Shown: one piece after another, positions 39,577 to 51,124 of the stretch | Layout of the letters: each line of letters opens with the position of its first letter | Position numbering within the stretch: the first letter of the stretch is position 1 | Source: Octopus sinensis | Lineage: Eukaryota | DNA: 64,000 nt | Assembly: GCF_006345805.1 (NCBI RefSeq) | Contig: NC_043008.1 | Location: 71,052,001-71,116,000, forward strand | Direction of reading: 5' to 3' | Notes under the pieces: model-generated | What the model was told of the DNA's origin: nothing | The model's database searches: none | The model's input: only the letters and a program-made list of their open reading frames with translations | Position numbers and translations under genes: made by a program

Positions 39577-41001
39577 AACTCTCGCGTGTGTACGTGCGTA
39601 GTGTGTCTACGTGTGTTTGTATGTATCTATGTTTACATGTATATATATGTATATGTATTTGTATATATTGGCAAGGACCTCAACGCAGATCTGTTTCATA
39701 AAATGCAAACTGCTGACTCATTGATAGTAGACTATCATTTCATTAACGCAGCCAACTACGTCTATAACCCTTAATGTCTTGTTGGTTCATCAGTCAACTC
39801 TTCGACCTTGCGTAGTGTTTTAAGCAAAGCAACACTATATGCGCACTTTTACTGCCAAGACAGACTAAACTAGTCTATTTGTTTTATAAAAACTAACAAG
39901 TGAACATAATAAATTCATGTAAGTCGTTTAATATTACATATTTTACCTTGGCTTTAAAACGAAATAAGAATTATTGTGAATAGTGTAGCAATACAAAGTT
40001 TTAGAATCAAATATCGGTCGCAGACCCATGAGAATTCTTGTGAAGTTGGTGCCAATACGAAACTCAAAACCTTCCAAATAGTCTCGCTTCTCTGATTTTT
40101 ACAATATATTTCCTCCTTAAAGAGTGTGTAGTTATTTTTGTTTTTGTTGTTTTATCGAATGTCTGCTATTTTAATGTATATGAATATAATTCATGCTGAT
40201 GCCCCATCCATTAAGTATACCTGATATTAAAGAGAAAGAGAGAGAGAGAGAGAAGGCGGAAGGGAGAGAGAGAAAGAGAGATACTAAATTCATTATTACG
40301 CTTTAAAAGAAAACATTTTTCTGGTTGATATTTAAATGTGAGTCGCTCGTCAAAGTGTTTACCAGTTAATTCACACTTTACGTTTATATTCCCAAATATC
40401 ATTTTACTTCAACTATTACATTCCCAAACGTCATTTCTCTTCCCATATATTATGTTCAAGCTATCAAGTAACACGACATCATTTCCTACCTACCCAATTC
40501 CACTACCAAACCAATTACACGACATTTTATATTATCACGAGTAAAACTATTTAGGACTTCCTTAAACATAGCATCACCATCATCATGCAATAACATAACA
40601 TTTTCAAGAATTTATCAATTCTTCAACCATTCAACTTAAAGACAAACCGCCTCGTAAATGGACCATTCATAAAGAAATCAGAATATTTATAGAAAATTGG
40701 TTTTCCGAGGTAGCTATTTTTTTTTAGTACTTCCTTTATATTTTTATCATTTTTTTTTCTTTCATACAGACATTTTTCTTCGAAATTTTCAGCTTCAAAA
40801 TAAGATCCTCGATAGATTTTTAAACAGAATTTCAGTCAAAGACAGCACGAAATTTCCAAAGAAGGAATATACTTAAATAGTGGCAAAATTATACTAACTC
40901 AGTCTATATCTGATACGTATCAATTTAAGCATAAAATGAAATGAGTTCCAATGTATATTAGTCTTTCGAAAATATTCCGAGTCTAATGAAGCTTAGCACA
41001 T

Positions 41002-41042
<41 letters not shown>

Positions 41043-41056
41043 TCATATATACATAC

Positions 41057-41131
<75 letters not shown>

Positions 41132-41337
41132 ATGTATGTAAACTGAAACATATGTCTCGACTCTCAGTGTATATATGTAACATTTTGCACATTTACAACT
41201 TAGAAACCTCGCATGGTAAGAGATGTAAAAAAAAAGAAAAAAAAAGCCCATAGTATTCTTCTTTGTGTTACAGACCCTATATTCGCTACCTGAACATGTC
41301 TAGAAGGAAATTGATTGGAAATTAATGCAAAAAGAAA

Positions 41338-41455
41338 GTATTTCGTCTGTCTTTACGTTCAGAGTTCAAACTTCACTGATGTCATCTGTGCATTTCATCC
41401 TTTCGGTGTCTATGAAATAATTACTATCAAGTACTGGGGGAAAGGTAATCGACCT
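41338..41455 (+). mobile_element. SINE family A body fragment
   Basis: GTATTTCGTCTGTCTTTACGTTCAGAGTTCAAAC...TTTCATCCTTTCGG. Confidence 0.75.
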
Positions 41456-41636
41456 TATTGTGGCGACGCTTGCATATAGTTTTGTGCAAGGCTCACACAT
41501 CCACTTAGCAAGTGAGTCACATTTTTCACACTCTTTTCCACAGAGTCTGCATTTTTGGGTGTCAGAAGTTTTATAGATGTTATACTTTCCTGGCTTGGTA
41601 GCAAGTGCCTTGTCTTGTGCGTCAATGATCAGGGTT
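41450..41636 (-). mobile_element. R4/Dong-like LINE zinc-knuckle fragment
   Basis: Minus strand reads TLIIDAQDKALAT...KCRLCGK...THLLSGC.SLAQ...RRHNKV. Confidence 0.85.
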
Positions 41637-42224
41637 TTGATGCACTAATACCCATGGCAAGGACACTTAGGAAAGTTAAGAGGGATTACCGATGTGGGAA
41701 GACAGGCCCATCATTGAACTGCCTTCTGTTTAAAGATGACCTGAAATTGTTTGAGAAATCTGAAAAACAGATTCTTTAACCTAGTGCAGAAGTGTGGTGG
41801 GGCCATGGTTATGGAATTTGGGATTACCAAATGCTCAGTACTTAATATGAAAAGATAGAAGAAAGCCTGCGGAGCATTGAGATTACCCTCAAGAGAGACC
41901 ATGGGTGAACCCAACGGAGGATTGCGGTTACCATCAAGAGAGACCATGGGTGAATCAAACGGTAGTGGGTATAGATATTTAGGGAGTTTAGAACTGGATA
42001 ACATTCTACGCAGAGAAATAAAAGTCAAGGTCAGCGAAGCGTATCAAAAAAGGGTAAAGATAGAGTTGAAATTCAACCTGAATGCAAAAAATGTTATTAC
42101 CGCAATGAATATCTGGGCAGTTGCGGTCATTAGATATAGTGCGTCCATCCTCAAATGGACTAAGGAGGAAATATCAACACTGGATACAAATACGAGAAAG
42201 TTGATGCTGCTGCATGGAGTCCTG
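41636..42224 (+). mobile_element. R4/Dong-like LINE RT fragment, inverted relative to the adjacent zinc-knuckle piece
   Basis: ALIPM...LNCLLFKDDLKLF, GITKCSVL, GYRYLG, AYQKRVK, LNAKNVITAMNIWAV and TRKLMLLHGVL. Confidence 0.9.
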
Positions 42225-42913
42225 TAAGATTCCAGTTAATGATATTAAAACTGTATTGAACTACTGGAAGTGACAGGATGTTAATGGCTTCATCCGACAT
42301 TTGGAGTTGAGTTAAATTTTTAGTATCAGTTGTATTCATTTTCAATACACCTCTCGTATTTTTACCTCCGTAGTAGCATGTTGTATACCATCTCCTTCGT
42401 TTATACCCAGATATTTATAGCTTTCTTGTGTGCCAAGCTCCTTGATAGTAGTTTCGCTATATAATTTAATGGAAGTTGTTTCCTTGAGCTTTCATATTAC
42501 AAAAGTTGCTTTAGCACACTTATCAAGGCCAAAATCGTCCGGATGTCATTGCTGAACTCTTTAATAGTTGTTAACAGCCCTACTAGCACTTCGTCATTTC
42601 TATCAAACAGCTTTAGATCGACCATATAAAGCAGTTGATTTACTATAATATTATACATTTTGAACCCATACCTGGTGTTATTCAGCTCGTTTGACAGTGG
42701 GATCAGTGCCATGGGGAAGTGAGTTACCTTGAAAGATGCTTCGTTTGATGTTTATGTTGTTAGATTGGCCAATCCCAGTACTATGGTTTAGAAGAAGACG
42801 TGTATTCAACTTGGCCATGCCACCTTATAAGTATTTGCAGACTACAGGAGAGACCTTATGTGTCTCAAGGTCCTTGAGAAGGCAGTTATGTGGGACATTA
42901 TCAAATGCTTTCG
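42215..42913 (-). mobile_element. R4/Dong-like LINE RT fragment, same subfamily as the 17741 copy
   Basis: KAFDNVPHN...NIKRSIFQGNS...MALIPLSNELNNT...LYMVDLKLF...KEFSNDI...LPVVQYSFNIINWNL. Aligns by eye with 17770-18425; the 5' end abuts an AAT run in element sense. Confidence 0.9.
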
Positions 42914-42930
42914 TTATTATTATTATTACT

Positions 42931-43610
42931 CAGGTATCGAGCTGGCAGAATTATTAACGCGCTGGACGACATACTTAGCGTTAGTTCGTTCGTCTTTGCG
43001 TTCTCAGTTGAAATTCCACTGCGGTCGCCTTTGTCTTTCAACCCTTCGGGAGTGATAAATCAAATATCAGTTCCATGTTGAGTTCGATGTAATCGGTTAA
43101 TCTCGATCTCCGAAGATTCAAGCCTTGTGCCTGTAGTAGAAATGATTATTATTACTATCATTACTATTTTTAGTACTATGGCAGTGAGCTTGCAGTATAG
43201 TTAGCCCACAAGACGAAATGCTTTGCGGTATTTCGCCCGTCGGTAGGTTCTGAGTTCAAATTCCGCCGAGGAATTTGTCATTCATCCTTTCGAGGGGTCA
43301 ATAAAATGTAAGACTTGGGTCGATGTAATCGACTCATCCGCTCCTCCCACATTGCTACCCTTCTGGCAAAGTTTGAAAGCATTGTTATTATTTTATTATT
43401 AAGGCAGCGAGCTGGCAGCCTGGACAAAATGCTTAGCGGTATTTTGTCTGCCGCTACGTTCTGAGTTCAAATTCCGCCAAGGTCGACTTTGCCTTTCATC
43501 CTTTCGGAGTCGATTAAATAAGTTCCAGTTATGCACTGGGATCGATGTAATCGACTATTCACCTCCCCACAAATTTCAGGCCTTCTGCCTCCAGTAGAAA
43601 ATATTATTAT
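42931..43610 (+). mobile_element. Three head-to-tail SINE family A copies
   Basis: Heads at about 42931, 43178 and 43400, each with a B box and central block and each followed by an ATT-rich tail. Confidence 0.88.
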
Positions 43611-44339
43611 TGTAGTTGTTATTATTATTATTATTATTTGTATTAGTTATTGGTTATTTTGCAAAGATTGTATTTTTAATACTTACGTACAAAGGAATTT
43701 TTAAGAACGTCCCCTAAATATTTGTAAGGGAAACTTGATATTTGTAAATATCCCTGAATAATTCATATAAAACCCTTTTAATATGACTTCCAAGTAAAAT
43801 TCTGTAGAATTGAAACGAATATACAAAGCCTTTATAACATTTGTTAAACTTATTTGTACATTGAAAATTAGGTTTTATACAATTTTGCTCATTCATTTCC
43901 CATTTAAATCAGAAGTAAACCCCCTCGTGTAAGTGCGAAGAGAGCAGAAACGTTGAATGAGTCCGTCATTGTTGGAAACGTTGCTTACCTACCTACTACA
44001 TTGCTTTTGTTTCTCTTATACAATTTCATATACAAGCCATGTTATAGAAGACATTCTCAATGCTGTTAAGAAAGTGTTATTTATACATGATGGTTACTGC
44101 GTACATTATATAAGTTCATATATATTACAGCAGTCTATACAATATCGAACTGCCTGTGTAGTAATTTTCATTATATAATACAGGCTATCTTCATTTAACA
44201 ACTTCCTCCCTTGTATATGGCTTCCTAAATTATAGAATTCTATATTGTGTTGCACTATCTATATTGGAATTTTCAGTATATAATGATTTCTTTTATTGGT
44301 ATATAATAAGAACCCCCTGCGCGTGTGCGTACATGTACA

Positions 44340-44383
44340 TACACACATACATACATACATACATACATACATACATACATACA

Positions 44384-44410
<27 letters not shown>
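44340..44410. repeat. (CATA)n microsatellite
   Basis: Direct tetranucleotide run. Confidence 0.95.
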
Positions 44411-44416
<6 letters not shown>

Positions 44417-45791
44417 CCATATATACATACATACACATATACACATGCATTTTTGCATACATACACGATATACACTCATATACACGAATACATACAAACA
44501 AACATACATATATACATGCGTTCATAGTCTGTGTGAGTGTGGAAATGTATGTGTATATATGTGTATATATAAGTGTGCCTATGTGTTACTGTACGGCACG
44601 AATGTATGCATATGTGAGTATTTTTTTGCGTGTGTATGTACGTGTGTGTATATGAGTGTGTGTGTGTGTGTGCGTGTGTGTGTGTGTGTGTATGTGTCTG
44701 CTTGTGAGTTGATAGTAATAAAGCAAATAATATTCTGTAATTTTAGCGAAAATACAGTTGCGTCTGAGCAAAGAGATCAACAAGCATGAAATGAATTCCT
44801 GTTTGGGGTTATAATATAATGGAATAAATTAAAGAGTAACACAGCCGTCACATTCAGCAACAAAAAACATACCAGACACATAGAGCTTCTTTCTAATATT
44901 CAGCATACTTATTAATACATATTAAAGAAAACAAAGCAGCTCACATATGTACTTGGTTCAATAGTTTACTCCGTCCCCAGAACATTCTTAGATCAGTGAA
45001 AATCAAAACATTTCCCTACCCGCGAAAATCAAAGCAAAAATTGTGTACAAAAATGCTTCAGTGATTCATTTATTATTAGTCCTGTCTGAGCTCCAAATCA
45101 GTCCAAAAGAAAAAAAAAACAAAAGCAAAAACAGTTACTAAACTACAACAGACACAAAGTAAAAGACCCTCATGATTTATAATAGGTCTCGTCCATACCA
45201 CACTCAGCGACCAAACTCACAGACGACACTCAAACCATGCGCGCAGAACAATAGACAACGATCCAAACAGGACAAAGAAAAAATCGAAGACTTAAAATAA
45301 AGACTACCTGGAAATGCGAGCATCACAGTTTGCTTCTCTAAGAAATTCCAATCACCAACCTTCAAGTCTTTGTATGTACAACCATTTCTAAACAATTAGG
45401 CACATATTGTTTTGCGCACAACAGCGACAGACTAAAACTATCTCTGCCACTTACTGTCGACAAGTATCAGAAACACGTGCATTCAGAAACCGTTGCAACA
45501 TAAATAGCTTCACAAGCCACGAAAACTGTGTTAGAATACACACTATCAATAATTGCAGACCCACCTTACACACCTACTCATGACCAGTTTCAAGAATCTA
45601 TGGCGCTAGAGTAAGAGATGGGACATCGCAGAGTAAGTAACGCTTAAACCGCCATTCTGCATTCTATGCAAACAATTCTTCATTGCATGTCGAAAATAGT
45701 TCTTAACTAGAGGAATACATGGTATATATGTGAATGTGTATCTGTTACTACAGGGACGTGCCATGTACGTTTCTTATGCATAACAAGTAAA

Positions 45792-45942
45792 CGGCTGCAT
45801 AGTAAGAAGTCTGCTTCTCAGCTACATCTTTCCAGGTTCAGTCCCAGTGCCGCACCTTGGGTAAATGTTTTCTGCCATAGCCTCGAGTCGATTATAGCCT
45901 TGTGAGTGCATTTGGTAGAGGGAAACCGGAAGAAGCCTGTCG

Positions 45943-45948
<6 letters not shown>
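45792..45948 (+). mobile_element. SINE family B 5' half
   Basis: GGCTGCATAGTAAGAAG...GGTTCAGTCCC...GCACCTTGGG. Confidence 0.8.
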
Positions 45949-46000
<52 letters not shown>

Positions 46001-46004
46001 AAGA

Positions 46005-46035
<31 letters not shown>

Positions 46036-46037
46036 CG

Positions 46038-46230
46038 AGAGAATTTACGAAACAAAAAAATCAAAAGACGAAGCGGGTATGAAAAGAATAAACAAATTTA
46101 TTAGTTTAACGCTCGAGAAGTGAGAAAGTCTTTTATGTTTCGAGCCTACACTCTTCGACAGAAAGGAACACAGAAATAAACAGGGAGAAAAATAGAAAAA
46201 GGTATAGTGGCTAGCGATCTATCATGGCGA
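46038..46230 (-). mobile_element. Penelope-like element terminal (pseudo-LTR) remnant
   Basis: Contains a minimal hammerhead-like fold on the minus strand at 46130-46165, a feature of Penelope-like termini; there is no coding sequence. Confidence 0.5.
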
Positions 46231-46544
46231 ATGTCGGACAAGGGGATCATACAGGAATGCTAGGAAGAAGGGGAGATAATAAAGTGGTGGTGATCCCAAA
46301 ACGAAGGTGCGCGTGCGTGTGTATGTGAGAGCGTGTATTTGCGTGTGCTTGCGTGTGGAAGGGGGCTGCTGACATTGACGTGTGTGTGTACATTTGTAGG
46401 TGTGTAGATGATGGTGTAGGTGCTGGGAAGTGGTCAGTGCTAGTGTGTGATCTGGTGTGGGTGCCGGGAAGGGGACAGTGCTAGTGTGTGCGGGATGGTG
46501 TGATGACAAACTAAGTATTTAAGGAATTTTTTGAGGACTAACTT

Positions 46545-46796
46545 ATGAGGTAGATCGTACACACACTGCGGAAAGAACCCTCAAATGTGACACGACAAGC
46601 ACTTGAGTGGAACCCGAAGTCGAAAAGGAAGCGAGGACGCCCGAAGCAGACATGGAAGCGGAGCATTTTGGACGAGCTGAGGACCACCGGCCTGACATGG
46701 GAAGCAGCCAAGAAACACGCCAATGACCGCAAAAAGTGGGAAACAACAGTTGAGGCCCCATGATCCACAAGGGGAAAAAGGATTAAGAAGAAGAAG
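46545..46796 (+). mobile_element. RTE-clade LINE 3' end
   Basis: HTLRKEPSNVTRQALEWNPKSKRKRGRPKQTWKR...ANDRKKW followed by an (AAG)n tail. Confidence 0.88.
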
Positions 46797-47358
46797 CTTG
46801 TGTGGTGGAGGATGAATTAGAAGTATTTTCATATCCGAGGCCAAGAAACAAAAGGCTGAATAATTCCAAACCATTTAACTGTTAGCAGGTACCACACCAG
46901 GTACCACACTACTTATATCTAATTCATAGATATGAGTAGAGAGAACAATGCCCCAAAGTATTGGTCACATGAGTAGAGAGAACAATGCCCCAAAGTATTG
47001 GTCACATTAGCTGACTCCGGTTCATTTGGAGATTCTGAGCTTTTGTCAGAATTCTTAGCAATGCTGTCCCACATTTAGTTTCACCGCTACAACTATCTCT
47101 TATACAGACCCCACAACTACTGAAACACATCCAAAACTATCTCCATTACCACAACCGGAGTCGCTTTTCCTACTATCATCACCACTATAATAAACCATAG
47201 CATTAACCACAACTATGATCACACTGTTGCAAACAGCACCAGCAACGCCATCACCACTCATAGAACCATTCTCCACCATCACCCCCGCGCCAAAACCCCT
47301 GAGGCTACCACCTCCACCGGTATCCCACCCATGTTCCTTCCTCCTCCTCCTCCTCCTC

Positions 47359-47409
<51 letters not shown>

Positions 47410-47434
47410 AATGTATTCTCACTAGACATTTATC

Positions 47435-47802
47435 TTTTATTTGTTTCAACCAGTAGACTGAAGCCATGCTGGGGCACCACCTTGAAGGATTTAGTCGGAC
47501 AAATCGATCTCAAGTACTTTTTGCTTTTTATCAGTTTCTTATGGCCGACCGATAAGTTACGGGGATGTAAACAAACCGACAGGGACAGTCTGAGAAAAAT
47601 TCACACACAAAGACTAACATACAGATATATGTAAATATATACAACAGGCTACTTTCAGTCATCGTCTATATAATCTACTCACAATGTTTTGGTCGGTCGG
47701 GGCTAAAGTAGAAGACACTTGCTCAAGGTTCCACGCAGTGGGACTGAGCCCGAACCATGTGGTTGCGAAGCAAGCTTCTTACCACACAGCGACGCTGGCG
47801 TC
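47435..47802 (-). mobile_element. SINE family B
   Basis: Reverse complement head GACGCCAGCGTCGCTGTGTGGTAAG and tail GGTGCCCCAGCATGGCTTCAGTC. Confidence 0.85.
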
Positions 47803-48573
47803 TAAGAAATTATAGGTAACAACCACAGAAATACACAAACAAGATGACTTGTTATCTCACTGGACTGTGATGTTATCGATAGGAGAGATACCTAACACAG
47901 AGACCAAAGTGAAGTTTAACCCCAGAATGTAACTGGTATATGAATACCAGTGAAATACAATTCCACCATATTTTCAAAACAAAGCGTAAAATAATAGGCC
48001 CAATGAGTTTCAGTCATTTAATTTGTTGCCTTACCATTTTTTTATCATCATTCAATTCCCTTCAATAAATTTTGATACTAAACATCAATAGCGAAATATG
48101 CGTTATGGATTCTTGTGGCATTGAAGGATTTGGTCAGTGGAATTGGTCAGGATATGAAGAATTAATATTTCACTTCAATCAATTCTGAGTGAAAAACATA
48201 AATGAGAACCTAATCCTAGGGTTGGGGGGAAAATAATCAATCATGAACGATTGAAACTGTTTTTGAGAAGGATTAATATTTCAGTAAAGAGACTAAAATA
48301 CCGATTGATGAAAGGAAGAATTCTCAAGAGCCTTTATGAATCAGAAAAAGAAATGAAAACAAAATCATTAAAAAAAAGGCTAAAAATTCCTTGTTTTCAG
48401 GTTGGGTTTCTTTTTTTTAAGTACATAAATACCTAAATGCATACATGCATACATACACACGTATGCATATAAATGCATATACACACATTCATACATGCAC
48501 ATACATACGTATATACATATATGTATGTGTGTGTATATATATGTATGTGTATATATATATGTGTATGTGTGTG

Positions 48574-48666
<93 letters not shown>

Positions 48667-48797
48667 CTAAACGTCACATTTTAATCCAGCAGTTGTGTAT
48701 AGTATTGGAATAATCTGAATTTAATCCAGTGTTTTTCGGTATTTCGTGTTTATAAGCTGACAGATTATAGAACAAAGTATAAAATTTTGATAATAAA

Positions 48798-48799
<2 letters not shown>

Positions 48800-48857
<58 letters not shown>

Positions 48858-48962
48858 GAGAAAGAAGTAGATAGAGATGAGTAAGGGAAGAAGAAGAAGA
48901 AGAAGAAGAAGAAGAAGAAGAAGAAGAAGAAGAAGAAGAAGAAGAAGAAGAAGAAGAAGAAG
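48800..48962. repeat. (AAT)n ... (GAA)n compound microsatellite
   Basis: Direct repeats. Confidence 0.95.
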
Positions 48963-49842
48963 ACTTTTTGGAAAAACAAAAATAATACAAATAATCTTGT
49001 TAGCGTAGTTATTGATGCTAGTTGGATTAATTCAGATCGTGTAACTACATCAGTGCTCGACATAAATTAACCATTTGCAACAGAAGCTGCTCAAATATAA
49101 ACTGAGGGATTTTGATGATTCAAATGTTGTAGTTACCATTTTAATATTCATTCTTCATTAATACAGTCGAAAATTCGGTCTATGACTGCGCTGGTGCTTA
49201 ATTCTCACAAATGGGATTCATTAATTCAAAACGTCTACAGGTTTCATCGTCTGTATTTCTACGTCTTCCTGTCGATTACTTTAGCTCTGCTAGATAACAT
49301 ATGGCACAACTTGGTTAAGTTTAATCAGTTGCCACTCTTATCTGTTTTTCTAAGCATTCGATTTCTTTAGTCTTTATCGTAAATTTCACCTGTTTCAAAA
49401 TCCTTATCTTTAATAGATACTACTTATATTTTCTTACGAGCTACCAGTATTAGCGACGTTCCCGAGGATTTCTTGTCTACTATCGTCCAATATAAACACT
49501 TGCAAACCAATGAACTCTCTACATGGGTATAATTCCTAGCTGAGACATTATGATAGATCAAGGCTTACAAACTAGGTTACACATTACCCCATATAAATTT
49601 CGCCTTGCAATGTTTATTTTCATAATTATGGTGATGTACGTATTTGTTTTTAATAATTGTTTAAAAATTTGAAGTCGAGGCAAAATAATTCTGGAAAGCA
49701 TACATTGTGAAAAATGCAAATTATGTTCCTGGTATCACTTGGGATTTAAAGATGTGTATTATATACTTCTAAGTTACTGTGTTGAAAATAGAGTAGTCGA
49801 ACTGAGAAGACTGTGTCTAGTTCTGATATATGTTCGCTATTA

Positions 49843-51124
49843 TTTGGTTGTCCGGAAAGTTCGTGTTGTTATATAGTAGCTTACATTTCGACTTATTTTA
49901 GAATATGGTTGAGTCCATAAAATAGGATTTGATTATACCTCCATTTAGAGCATAGATTAAGCTATCTTTTCGTGGAAGAAGGTTTATGTTCCTATAATCT
50001 GTGTTAATTCTGTAACCCTTCAAAATGGAAGATAGGAAAATTCATTTTCGGCACTTGATGCTTTTCTTTTTCCGTAAAGGGAAAAATGCCTCACAAGCAA
50101 CCAAAGAAATATGCGCAGTTTACGCTGATGTTTCTTTATGCGAAAGAACTGTACGGAAGTGGTTCGTAAGGTTCCGAGCTGAGATTGTAGCCTTATTGAT
50201 AAAGAGCGATCTGGCAGACCATCCACTACAGATGATGACCAAATCAAGTAATTAATTGAGAATAACCCACATTGCACAACCCGAGAATTGGCAGAAAGCC
50301 TCAGCCTAGCAAAATCCGTCGTTTATGAGCACCTGGTAAAGTTTGGGTACACAAATCACTACGATGTTTGGGTACCACATGAGTTGAGTGAGGAGAACCT
50401 TTTGGATCGCATTTCCATCTGTGATTCACTTTATAAACGGAATGAAAACGCACCGTTTTTTAAAGCAAATTGTGACAACTGATGAGAAATATATTATCTA
50501 CCGAAATGTTCAGAGGAAGCGATCCTGGAGTAAGCGACATGAGTCATCCATAACCATCCCAAAAGCGGGTCTTCACCCTAAAATATCTTGCTTTGTGTCT
50601 GGTAGGATTGGAAAGGAATTCTGTACTATGAGCTTCTCCCAAGTAATCAGACAATTAATTCTTAGAAATACTGCACACAACTGGACGAGTTAAAAGCAGC
50701 AATTCAAGAGAAACGTCCAGAATTGGCCAACAGGAAGGGTGTTGTTTTCCAACATGATAATGCAAGACCACACGTTTCTTTGCAAACTAGACAAAAATTG
50801 CTACAGCTAAGCTGGGATGTGTTACCCCACCCTCTATTTTCACCAGATATTGTTCCTTCGGATTTCCACTTATTCAGGTCTCTGCAGAATAGTCTTAATG
50901 GTAAAAATTTCAATTCCTTGGATGACGTAAAAAGATACCTTGATGAATTCTTTGCCATGAAACCACCTCAATTCTGGGAAGAGGGTATTTTCAAGTTAAA
51001 GGAAAGATGGAAACGCATTGTGCAACAAAATGGTTCATATTTGGTTGATTAAAATTGTAATGGCAAGTATTTATTGACCTTTTTCTTTCCTTTAAAACTC
51101 GCACGAACTTTCCGGACCGCCCAA
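49843..51124 (+). mobile_element. Full-length mariner (DD34D), mellifera-subfamily-like
   Basis: TIRs TTTGGTTGTCCGGAAAGTTCGTG and CACGAACTTTCCGGACCGCCCAA. TA at 49841-49842, while the right flank is TG. Length 1282 bp. Confidence 0.95.
50025..51052 (+). pseudogene. Mariner transposase pseudogene
   Basis: HFRHLMLFFFRKGKNA, WVPHEL, TTDEKY, HDNARPH and SPDIVPSDFHLF, with exactly 34 residues between the last two catalytic Asp. At least three frameshifts and several in-frame stops. Confidence 0.95.

Noticed and set aside
45180-45420. LTDDTQ as a CR1 FADD motif
   Set aside because: It is a single weak match with no supporting motifs.
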